NCBI GenBank assembly: GCA_003354025.1 | Contig: PIVU01000002.1 | Coordinates: 8,004-72,003 of the forward strand | Origin: Nitrospirota bacterium | GTDB lineage: Bacteria; Nitrospirota; Thermodesulfovibrionia; UBA6902 | Length of the DNA: 64,000 nt | Reading direction: 5' to 3' | Part shown: in pieces, positions 47,939-56,939 of the stretch | How the letters are laid out: the number at the start of each line of letters is the position of its first letter | Numbering within the stretch: the first letter of the stretch is position 1 | Translations under genes and position numbers: made by a program | The notes under the pieces: generated by a model | Database searches by the model: none | Seen by the model: only the letters and a program-made list of their open reading frames with translations | What the model was told of the DNA's origin: nothing

Positions 47939-49312
47939 CTAGTCAGTAATAATCTTTTTATCTATCCCATACTTTTTCAGTTTATGCCTGAATGATCTGA
48001 AGGTAAGCTTCAGGAGTTTTGCAGCATCGGTTTTCACACCATTTGTACTTTCAAGGGCCTTTAAAAGGTAAGCTTTTTCTGTATCTTCCATAAGCTGTTC
48101 TATGTCCATCCCTGCTGAGGGCACCATTATTTTATCAGGCTTTGAAGCTGCACTGACCTCTTCAGGCAAATTCTCTATATCAATGACATCACTGTCACAA
48201 AGCAGCACAACTCTCTCAATAATGTTTTCAAGCTCTCTAACATTGCCCTTCCACCTGTAGCTTTTCAACCGGGCAATAACGTCATTTGAAAATTTCTTTT
48301 TGTCACCTGCAAATTTATCAAGAAAATGGTTGGCAAGCAGCTCGATGTCATCACCCCGTTCTCTTAAAGGCGGTATCTTCACTGAAAGCACATTAAGTCT
48401 GAAGAAGAGGTCTTCCCTGAATATTCTCTCCTCAATCAAATCCTGCAGGTTCCTGTTGGTGGCTGAAATTATACGTACATCAACACTAATGTCCGACACT
48501 CCTCCAACTCTCCTGAAAGGACCTCCCTCAAGTACCCGGAGCAGCTTTGCCTGTAATGCAATAGGCATCTCCCCGATTTCATCAAGGAAAAGAGTCCCTT
48601 CATTTGCCAGTTCAAAAAGACCTTGTTTATTTGCTCCGGCTCCGGTGAAAGCCCCCTTCATATATCCAAACAGTTCACTCTCAAGAAGCCCCTCTGGTAT
48701 AGCAGCGCAGTTCAGAGCAACAAAATGATTGTCTTTCCTTGCACTCAGACTGTGAATGGCGTTTGCAACAAGTTCCTTGCCTGTGCCGCTTTCTCCGGTA
48801 ATGAGCACACTTGCATTACTTTCAGCACTCTTGGAAACAATATTAAATAACGTCTGCATGGCAGGACTGCTGCCGATAATGTTCTCCAGGGAAGGAGTCT
48901 TTAGTTGTTCTTTTAATAACGAGACATCTTTCTGGAGCTTCTGCCTTTCAAGGGCATTTTTTACGACCAGCCTGATATCATCCATTTGAAAGGGTTTCTG
49001 AATAAAATCATATGCTCCGTGCTTCATTGCTTCAACAGCCGACTCGGTCGTGCCGAAGGCAGTGATAATAACTACCACTGTTTGGGGAGTAATTTCTTTA
49101 ATGTTCTTTAATAGCTCCAGCCCCCCCATTTTGGGCATCTTCATATCAGTTATGACGAGATCAAATATATCCTTTTTGATGGCCTCAACCGCTACTTCTC
49201 CGTTATTTGCAGAGGCTACACTATACCCCTCGTTTTTAAGAAAGATTTCCATTATCTCTCTCATACTTTTTTCATCATCAACAACGAGTATTCTCATAAG
49301 TGATTTTTTCAT
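47939..49312 (-). CDS. pilR: Sigma-54-dependent response regulator, PilR-like (REC + AAA + HTH)
   Basis: Receiver ILVVDDEKSMRE...DLVITDMKMPKMGG. GESGTGKELVANAIH. GAFTGA. Directly downstream of the PilS-like kinase. Confidence 0.75.
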   Translation of the reverse strand: MKKSLMRILVVDDEKSMREIMEIFLKNEGYSVASANNGEVAVEAIKKDIFDLVITDMKMPKMGGLELLKNIKEITPQTVVVIITAFGTTESAVEAMKHGAYDFIQKPFQMDDIRLVVKNALERQKLQKDVSLLKEQLKTPSLENIIGSSPAMQTLFNIVSKSAESNASVLITGESGTGKELVANAIHSLSARKDNHFVALNCAAIPEGLLESELFGYMKGAFTGAGANKQGLFELANEGTLFLDEIGEMPIALQAKLLRVLEGGPFRRVGGVSDISVDVRIISATNRNLQDLIEERIFREDLFFRLNVLSVKIPPLRERGDDIELLANHFLDKFAGDKKKFSNDVIARLKSYRWKGNVRELENIIERVVLLCDSDVIDIENLPEEVSAASKPDKIMVPSAGMDIEQLMEDTEKAYLLKALESTNGVKTDAAKLLKLTFRSFRHKLKKYGIDKKIITD

Positions 49313-49381
49313 ATCCTGGTATCAATAAAGCCCTGCCACAAGATTTTCAGGGGCAGTTTATTCTTTAAACATACAGTACAG

Positions 49382-50980
49382 TTACGTGTTCCTGACAGGC
49401 AGTACAATTTTGAAAGTTGTTCCAAGATTATGGCCGGGAGACTGCACTTTTATTTTCCCTCCATGCTCCTCAATAATCTTCTGGGCTATGGAGAGTCCCA
49501 GTCCGGTACCCTGCTCTTTAGTAGTGAAAAAGGGGTAAAAAATCTTATCTATCTCATCCCCGTCAATTCCAGTACCGCTGTCGCTGAAAACAACTTCTAC
49601 TGCGTTCTTATGCAATACAGTAAAAACCTCCACAGTTCCTCCATCAGCAACAGCATCAATTGCATTTAAGCCAAGGTTCCAAAGTACCTGGCGGATCTGC
49701 CTGGCATCTCCAGTAAGAAGCCTGTGCCCTTCAAATCTTGTCGATAGTTTAACATTTTCATGAATTGATTCGGAGCTTTTCAGCAATGTCACAACTTCTC
49801 TGAGTGCCTCATGTAAATCAAAGGGCTCCATATTCAGTCCCTGTGGTTTAGCATATAATAAAAAGTCCGTAATGATACCATTTAAGCGGTCCATCTCGGA
49901 TAAAGCTATATTCATGAGGTGATCTGCATGCTCCTCCGACACTTTCTTTTCGCGAAGCATTTCAACGGAACCCTTAAGTGATGCCAGAGGGTTTCTCAAC
50001 TCATGCGCAATGGACGCAGACAGTTCACCTATAAATGCCCATTTTTCTTTCCTCTTTACTTCCGCCTCCATGGCCTTCAACTCGGTCAGGTCCTGAAATA
50101 CCCCGATTACACCTATTGATTTCCCGGCACTGTCCTTCAAAGATGAAAGCCGCATTCCTACGGGAAACTCTTCTCCATTGCGATGTATCATTCCCTCCAC
50201 CCTGTCCATGGGCTCCTTGCAGTTGATCAGAAAGGGGAATATATCCTCGGGAGTTTGTCCTGCCACATCACTGTTCGGAAGCCGTGTTATTTCCTGTGCA
50301 GCCATGTTAAATGAAATAATTTTTCTGTCCAGATCGGTTGTAAATATACCGCTGGGCATACTGTCAATGACATATTCATTAAAAGCCTTAAGATCACTTA
50401 GAACAGATTCTCTCTCCTCAAGACTTTGCGTTGCCCTGTCAAGCTTCTCGGAAAGATATCCGCCCAAAAACCCTATAAGATAAAACCCGATAACATGGGC
50501 GAAGATGTTATAAAAAAAATCTTTCTCCGTATACTTAACAATGTCATTTACTCCGATAATATAATATAGCTGGAGGTCCAGCAGAATCGCATAGAGCAAA
50601 CTGCTTATAGTCGCCATTATGTAGCAGGCCCGCCTGGTAAGAACAATGCCGGCAGACAAAATACTTAACGGGAACATAATAGCAAACATACTCCCGATAC
50701 CTCCGGTTAAATAAACAAGTAGGGTCTCGGCAATTATATCTACTATTATCTGCACATATGCAAACATTACAAAGTGCCGATTATTTTTTAGTACACGAAA
50801 AGTAAGCGCATAAAGAATGGTAAGAAAGTACAGGGAGGCAATATAATAGGGAAATACTGAAGGGTACAGCAGTTTCTCATGCCCTATTTCATAGAAGTAA
50901 AAGGACCCGAGCAGTAGCGTTACTACAATTACCCTGATATATATTAATGCGCTTACGCCTTTACTAGTATCTTGAAGCAT
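49382..50980 (-). CDS. pilS: Sensor histidine kinase, PilS-like (polytopic N-domain, PAS, HisKA, HATPase_c)
   Basis: Six hydrophobic segments. H-box ELSASIAHELRNPLASL. G-boxes GTGLGLSI. Confidence 0.65.
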   Translation of the reverse strand: MLQDTSKGVSALIYIRVIVVTLLLGSFYFYEIGHEKLLYPSVFPYYIASLYFLTILYALTFRVLKNNRHFVMFAYVQIIVDIIAETLLVYLTGGIGSMFAIMFPLSILSAGIVLTRRACYIMATISSLLYAILLDLQLYYIIGVNDIVKYTEKDFFYNIFAHVIGFYLIGFLGGYLSEKLDRATQSLEERESVLSDLKAFNEYVIDSMPSGIFTTDLDRKIISFNMAAQEITRLPNSDVAGQTPEDIFPFLINCKEPMDRVEGMIHRNGEEFPVGMRLSSLKDSAGKSIGVIGVFQDLTELKAMEAEVKRKEKWAFIGELSASIAHELRNPLASLKGSVEMLREKKVSEEHADHLMNIALSEMDRLNGIITDFLLYAKPQGLNMEPFDLHEALREVVTLLKSSESIHENVKLSTRFEGHRLLTGDARQIRQVLWNLGLNAIDAVADGGTVEVFTVLHKNAVEVVFSDSGTGIDGDEIDKIFYPFFTTKEQGTGLGLSIAQKIIEEHGGKIKVQSPGHNLGTTFKIVLPVRNT

Positions 50981-51022
50981 ATCCTCTCAGCGAACCTGCG
51001 CGCGGGCCAGGCGTTTACAAAG

Positions 51023-52246
51023 CTAAATAAGTGTAATAAGTTTAAATATCGGAAGGTACATTGCAACTACAATAAAACCGATGGTTCCTCCGAGAAACAC
51101 CATAAGAATCGGTTCAATCATCGATGTAAGATTGCCGACTGCCTGATCAACTTCTTCATCATAAAAATCCGCAATCTTATCAAGCATGTTATCCAGAGCT
51201 CCAGTAGACTCGCCGACTGCAATCATCTGGTTTACCATCGGGGGAAACACTTTGGATTCTGTAAGCGGTTCAGCAATGGTCTTTCCTTCAGATACTCCCT
51301 GCCTTACATCGAGGACCGCTTTTTCTATTACCTTGTTACCGGCTGTTCTTGCAGTAATATTCAACCCGTCCAGAATGGGCACACCGCTGCTTGTAAGAGT
51401 GCCGAGCGTACGGGTAAATTTAGCAACAGCCACTTTCCTGAAGAGCATGCCTACAACGGGCATTCTCAATATTATCCTGTCAGTTACTTTCTGGCCTGTT
51501 TCAGTTTTTCTGAATTGTACAAGACTTACTGCCAAAACTATAATCACGGCTAACGTAATTATGCCGCCGGTCCCGGCGAGAAAATCACTCATTTTAATAA
51601 TCAACTGCGTAGGCGCAGGCAGAGTTCCTCCCAGTGTGTCAAACATTTTACCGAAGGTAGGAACAACAAATATCATAATGATTACAATAACCAGGACAGC
51701 AACCACCATGACAACCGAAGGATAAACCATGGCCCCCTTAACTTTGCGCTTAAGGGCCTGTGCTTTTTCAATATATCCGGCAAGTCTGACAAGAATTGTA
51801 TCAAGTATACCGCCGGCCTCACCGGCTGCAACCATATTGATATAAAGATCAGAAAATATTTTTGGGAATTTTTTCAGGGCATCGGCAAATGTCGAACCGC
51901 CTTCCACATCACCTTTAATGTCACTTATGTTCTTTGCAAATGTCTGATTCTCAGTCTGCTTTGCAAGGATATCAAGAGCCTGTACAAGGGGAAGGCCTGC
52001 TCCTATCATGGTGGCAAACTGCCGTGTGAATATAACGATGTCCTTCTCTTTTATACTGCCTCCGCCCCCAATGCCGAACGGGGCTGCTGTTTTCGGTGCA
52101 ATTTTCGTAGGAACAATTCGCTGCTTGCGGAGATATGACTGGACTTCTTCCTTGGAAGATGCAGTAAATTCCCCCTTTATGACCTCACCTTTAGGCGATT
52201 TCCCTGTCCATTTAAAAATATTAGGCATATTACCTTCCTTTACCAA
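51023..52246 (-). CDS. pilC: Type IV pilus assembly platform protein PilC (GspF family)
   Basis: 407 aa with two T2SS_F domains (FTRQFATMIGAGLPLVQAL...). Confidence 0.8.
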   Translation of the reverse strand: MVKEGNMPNIFKWTGKSPKGEVIKGEFTASSKEEVQSYLRKQRIVPTKIAPKTAAPFGIGGGGSIKEKDIVIFTRQFATMIGAGLPLVQALDILAKQTENQTFAKNISDIKGDVEGGSTFADALKKFPKIFSDLYINMVAAGEAGGILDTILVRLAGYIEKAQALKRKVKGAMVYPSVVMVVAVLVIVIIMIFVVPTFGKMFDTLGGTLPAPTQLIIKMSDFLAGTGGIITLAVIIVLAVSLVQFRKTETGQKVTDRIILRMPVVGMLFRKVAVAKFTRTLGTLTSSGVPILDGLNITARTAGNKVIEKAVLDVRQGVSEGKTIAEPLTESKVFPPMVNQMIAVGESTGALDNMLDKIADFYDEEVDQAVGNLTSMIEPILMVFLGGTIGFIVVAMYLPIFKLITLI

Positions 52247-53318
52247 CAGCAGAAGACGATTTCTGCATCATATTCAGAAGTTCATCGGGCATTGTTGACT
52301 TGGCAAGAGCATCCTCATAGGCGAGCTCACCACGTTTAAATAATTCAAAAAGAGACTGGTTCATGGTTATCATTTTATACTTTGCCTGCCCGGCCTGCAT
52401 CATTGAATATATCTGATGGGCCTTGTCCTCTCTTATGAGATTACGTATAGCCGGAGTTGGCAATAGCACTTCCGCTGCCAGCAGTCTTCCCTTTCCAGAC
52501 TTCCTGGGGATAAGCTGCTGTGCTACAACTCCTTCAAGCACAAAAGAAAGTTGAACTCTGATCTGCTCCTGCTGGTGGGCAGGGAATACATCAATAATAC
52601 GGTTTATTGCCTGGATAGCAGTATTGGTATGCAATGTTGCCAGTGTAAGGTGTCCGGTCTCCGATACTGTTAATGCTGCTTCAATAGTTTCCAGGTCTCT
52701 CATCTCACCAATAAGAACAATGTCAGGGTCCTGCCTCAGGACATACCGCAGCGCATCCTTAAATGATGCTGTATCAGCATTGATTTCCCTCTGGTTTACA
52801 AGACAACTTTTGTGAGCATGAAGGTACTCAATCGGATCTTCTATTGTAATAATATGATCATGGCGCTCTGAATTAATCTTATCGAGCATAGCGGCAAGAG
52901 TCGAGGATTTACCACTTCCTGTAGGCCCGGTAACAAGGACAAGCCCCCTTGGCCTTTTTGCAATTTCACTCACAATCGGCGGGAGACCAAGTTCCCTGAG
53001 ATTCTTAATTTCAAAGGGAATCATCCTGAAGGCCCCGGCAACAGCGCCGCGCTGCATAAAAATATTGGCCCTGAACCGGCTCAGGCCCTTCATGCCAAAG
53101 GACAGATCCAGCTCATTGTCTTCCTCAAATTTATGTTTCTGAGAATCTGTTAATACACTGTAGCAAAGAGATTTGGTCTCAGCCGGCGTAAGAGTAGGAT
53201 AATCAAGAGACACCAGGCTTCCGTCCACCCTCACTCGTGGAGGTGTGGCTGTTGTAATATGAAGATCGGAAGCATTTCTTTCGATCATTATCTTTAGCAG
53301 ATCATATAAATTTGCCAT
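52230..53318 (-). CDS. pilT: Twitching motility retraction ATPase PilT
   Basis: Walker A VTGPTGSGKSST. AIRNLIRE motif. 362 aa. Confidence 0.85.
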   Translation of the reverse strand: MANLYDLLKIMIERNASDLHITTATPPRVRVDGSLVSLDYPTLTPAETKSLCYSVLTDSQKHKFEEDNELDLSFGMKGLSRFRANIFMQRGAVAGAFRMIPFEIKNLRELGLPPIVSEIAKRPRGLVLVTGPTGSGKSSTLAAMLDKINSERHDHIITIEDPIEYLHAHKSCLVNQREINADTASFKDALRYVLRQDPDIVLIGEMRDLETIEAALTVSETGHLTLATLHTNTAIQAINRIIDVFPAHQQEQIRVQLSFVLEGVVAQQLIPRKSGKGRLLAAEVLLPTPAIRNLIREDKAHQIYSMMQAGQAKYKMITMNQSLFELFKRGELAYEDALAKSTMPDELLNMMQKSSSAVGKGR

Positions 53319-53559
53319 ACTCTAGATTATATAACAAAGTTTAAAAAGTTCAATCATCAATTTCATAATAGTATTCCCCTATAATATATTATTTGTCAGT
53401 TTTGAAGATGTCTGATAACGAGTGATTCGCCTGATTGCCCCCTTTTTAGGCCTCAATACTTTTTATTATTAAGTTTCATATCGTTACATGATTCCTTTTC
53501 GGCAAGACCGTCATATAACTTTAACTTGTTTATAAACATAACATGATCAGTGCAGTCGT

Positions 53560-55260
53560 CTAGTCTGCAAAGGTTACCCGCAGAATCTCATCAACAGTAG
53601 TAGAACCTTCTCTGATTTTTCTAAGACCGCTCATTCTTAGAGTGAACATGCCAAGTCTCATAGCGGTCTTCTTCAGATCAGCACCAGTTGCTCCTTTGAT
53701 AACCATGTCCTTTAACTCATCCTTAAAGGGCATAACCTCGTACAGGGCCTGCCTGCCTTTATACCCTGTGCCGCTGCAGGCCTGACATCCTTTCCCTTTG
53801 TAGCACTTGAATGTTCCTACTTCTTCAGGAGAAAAGCCTATGTTGATCAGCGCATCATCCGGGAAATCCTCCTCCTCTTTACACTGCTCGCAAATCTTTC
53901 TGCAAAGTCTTTGAGCAAGAATAAGAACAACAGAGGCAGAAACGAGAAAGGGCTCGATCCCCATATTTAATAGCCTGGATATTGTACTCGGTGCATCATT
54001 AGTATGGAGTGTGCTCAAAACAAGGTGACCCGTCAATGCAGCTTTTACTGCAATTTCAGCAGTATCAAAGTCCCTTATCTCACCAACCATGACAATATCA
54101 GGGTCCTGCCTGAGAAAGGACCGCAGGGCAGCTGAAAAAGAAAGGCCGATATCATCTCTCACATGGACCTGATTAATACCAGTTAAATTGTACTCCACCG
54201 GATCTTCGGCAGTCATAATATTCACATCAACTTCATTAACCGTGCTGAGTGCAGAATACAGCGTCGTTGTTTTACCGCTTCCGGTAGGTCCCGTTACCAG
54301 CACCATACCAAAAGGAGACTTTATTGCCTCCTGAAAATCCTTTAAAGCATTCTCCTCAAACCCCAGCGTGGAAAGATCAAGGTTCAGATTGCTTTTATCC
54401 AGAATCCTCATAACAATCTTCTCTCCAAAAAGAGTCGGCAGGGTTGAAACACGCAAATCAATAGGCTTACCCTTCACCTTCAGTTTGATCCTGCCGTCCT
54501 GCGGAAGCCTTCTTTCCGCAATGTCCAGTTCAGACATAATCTTTATTCTTGAAGAAAGTGCCGCCTTGAGTCTTGCAGGCGGCTGCATAATATCGTAGAG
54601 AACACCATCTATTCTATAGCGGATCCTGAACTGTTTTTCATAGGGCTCAACATGAATATCACTGGCCCCTCTTGTTATGGCTTCACTTAATATAAGGTTG
54701 ACCAGTTTAACAACGGGGGCTTCTTCAACTGCATCCTTAAGTTGTGAAACATCAACGTCTTCTTCCTCTTCCTGAATTAAATCCAGGTCGCCATCATCCA
54801 TATCTATATTGTCTACAACCGTCTGAAGTGCATCGGACTGCTCATAGTGCCTGGATATAGCCTCCTTGATAGCACTTTCCGACGCAACAACGGGCTGCAC
54901 TTCATAGCCGGTCATAAACTTCACATCATCAATAGCAAATACATTGGAAGGGTCAGTCATTGCCAGTGTCAGCGTAGCGCCATTTTTAGATACAGGGAAA
55001 ATCTGGTATTTCTGAGCAACATCATAGGGGATGAATTTAACAATTGAGTCATCAGACTCTTCCACGGAGAGTGTAACAGAAGGGACACCGTACTGCTGAC
55101 TCAGAAATTCAACGAGTTTCTCTTCCGTGAGAAATCCGAGCTTAATCAGATTTGATCCTACGCGGCCCCCTTCCTGCTTCTGAAGGTCAAGTGCCTTTTC
55201 TAATTGTTCCTCGTTAATAATGTTGCCATTAACAAGCAGTTGTCCCAGTTTAACAGCCAT
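53560..55260 (-). CDS. pilB: Type IV pilus assembly ATPase PilB (GspE family with N-terminal MshEN domain)
   Basis: 566 aa. LVTGPTGSGKTTTLY. Tetracysteine CxxC...CxxC zinc motif. Confidence 0.85.
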   Translation of the reverse strand: MAVKLGQLLVNGNIINEEQLEKALDLQKQEGGRVGSNLIKLGFLTEEKLVEFLSQQYGVPSVTLSVEESDDSIVKFIPYDVAQKYQIFPVSKNGATLTLAMTDPSNVFAIDDVKFMTGYEVQPVVASESAIKEAISRHYEQSDALQTVVDNIDMDDGDLDLIQEEEEDVDVSQLKDAVEEAPVVKLVNLILSEAITRGASDIHVEPYEKQFRIRYRIDGVLYDIMQPPARLKAALSSRIKIMSELDIAERRLPQDGRIKLKVKGKPIDLRVSTLPTLFGEKIVMRILDKSNLNLDLSTLGFEENALKDFQEAIKSPFGMVLVTGPTGSGKTTTLYSALSTVNEVDVNIMTAEDPVEYNLTGINQVHVRDDIGLSFSAALRSFLRQDPDIVMVGEIRDFDTAEIAVKAALTGHLVLSTLHTNDAPSTISRLLNMGIEPFLVSASVVLILAQRLCRKICEQCKEEEDFPDDALINIGFSPEEVGTFKCYKGKGCQACSGTGYKGRQALYEVMPFKDELKDMVIKGATGADLKKTAMRLGMFTLRMSGLRKIREGSTTVDEILRVTFAD

Positions 55261-55403
55261 TGTCCTGCATCAACCCTCAACTTTCTGAAGTCACTTTTAA
55301 AAAACGCAATGGTACCTTCCTGCACCTATTTTAATCGGCAATAATATAAAAAACTAAAGAAATCCAACAATTACAGTCCAATGCGCATTTCCGTTCCAAC
55401 TGA

Positions 55404-55433
55404 AAAAGGATTCAGGCAGCCTACCTGAATCCC
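55404..55433 (-). terminator. Intrinsic terminator-like hairpin (9-bp perfect stem GGATTCAGG/CCTGAATCC, 7-nt loop, T5 on minus strand)
   Basis: Read directly from the sequence. Downstream of the 55647..56561 gene on the same strand. Confidence 0.45.
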
Positions 55434-55646
55434 AAACAGCAGCAAAAACCAATACAATTTTATCAGTTAATATCAGCAGCACCCGTCTCCTTACAATATT
55501 TATTTTTCAGGCACCTGGTAATATTTATTAAACATTATCTATTAAACATATTGTCATAAGATAATAATTGCCAGCCATATTTCTCCTTATTTTATGATAA
55601 TTGTATCACACTAACCCGTAACTGACATAAATCACAATACCAATTT

Positions 55647-56561
55647 CTACATACTATCGCCCAATAGACCATTTAGTATATTGTCAATTTCCGATTCATT
55701 GTCAGACGGCACAGGCACATCATTAAAAAGCATCCATCTTTCAATATGCTCTGCTTCATTATCGGGTGCTAACTGGACAAGAGGGGAAAGGGTCTCCATC
55801 TCCAGCATAGTATCATTCATGTATGATTCATAGGACACTCCGAAGTCAGGATAAGAAGCATTGCCGTTATGTGTATATTTTTTCACAAAAAGGTTGTCAT
55901 GGTTGAAGTAGGCAGCCCATCCGCGTTCATTGGAAATACCGATTTTAAATGGCTGTTTATTGTCCGGATCATGCCGCAGAATAATATACTTGTCTCCCAG
56001 TGTCACACGCGAATCATTAAGCCTTGAGTACGGCCATATAGCCATGACCCGGTTTGGCAATAATCCGGTATCCTTTGCAGTCAGAGGGACCACTTCTTTT
56101 CCTCGAGGAGCCATTGCTGAAATGCTCCAGACCGATAGCTCAACAGGCCATAACCCTTTATTTTTAATACGATGCAGTATTTGAACAAAACTGTTATCAG
56201 GAGAAAGAACGATTTCCATTTCCTTTTGTATATTGCTCCCTTTTTCAACCACCTGGACTGTCCTAATGCCCCCCGGAATTTTATCCCACTGCACAGGGAA
56301 GTTGTCAGGCTCATAGGTCCTGGGCCGTGCCTCAGGAGAATGCCAGAGCCTGTGGCCGCCATAAAGGCGCCACTGGTCACCTCCGGTCATTCCCAGTGTT
56401 TCTTCAAACTCACACATCTCATTCTCTTTTCCGCAAAAACCATAGCGGATTATTCTCGGCCCTATATCCGCTGTTACTACTAGATCAACTACATTATTGC
56501 TTATTTTTATGCAGTTATCCCATTCGCCATAGGATATTTGCTCCACAGTTACATCCGCCAT
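55647..56561 (-). CDS. Hypothetical protein (possible beta-sandwich, carbohydrate-related)
   Basis: 304 aa, no signal peptide. No confident family assignment. Confidence 0.3.
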   Translation of the reverse strand: MADVTVEQISYGEWDNCIKISNNVVDLVVTADIGPRIIRYGFCGKENEMCEFEETLGMTGGDQWRLYGGHRLWHSPEARPRTYEPDNFPVQWDKIPGGIRTVQVVEKGSNIQKEMEIVLSPDNSFVQILHRIKNKGLWPVELSVWSISAMAPRGKEVVPLTAKDTGLLPNRVMAIWPYSRLNDSRVTLGDKYIILRHDPDNKQPFKIGISNERGWAAYFNHDNLFVKKYTHNGNASYPDFGVSYESYMNDTMLEMETLSPLVQLAPDNEAEHIERWMLFNDVPVPSDNESEIDNILNGLLGDSM

Positions 56562-56759
56562 ATTTACCTCCCATTCTAGTTAGATGCCCTTTCTAATGAC
56601 CCACTAATGTAGGGGCACCTCTTGTGGGTGCCCTTGATTCGCATACATCCGTAAAATCTGCAAATCTATAATTACCAATTTTAATCCACATTTAATCAAC
56701 CGGGTTTACACAGTAAAACATATTAAAAACCAGTAAGTTGGAAAATATTCACTTTTTGC

Positions 56760-56788
56760 TTGACATACACCATATATTGTGGTTTAAT
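56760..56788 (+). promoter_or_regulatory. Sigma-70-type promoter (TTGACA-17nt-TTTAAT) with an NrdR-box-like palindrome (ACACCATATATTGTGG, 56767..56782) in the spacer, upstream of nrdJ
   Basis: Hexamers and palindrome read directly. The palindrome matches the published NrdR box consensus acaCwAtATaTwGtgt at 14/16 positions. Confidence 0.5.
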
Positions 56789-56939
56789 TCTCTAGTGCCG
56801 CTAAATAGAGTATCTGACTATAAAGATATTAATTAACTATATTATTTATATTTATAAGGCACTTACACAAAAACAAGCTATTTTTACCCAATTTTACCAT
56901 TTATTTTATTTTAAATATAACTATTAAAGGAGAAGAATT

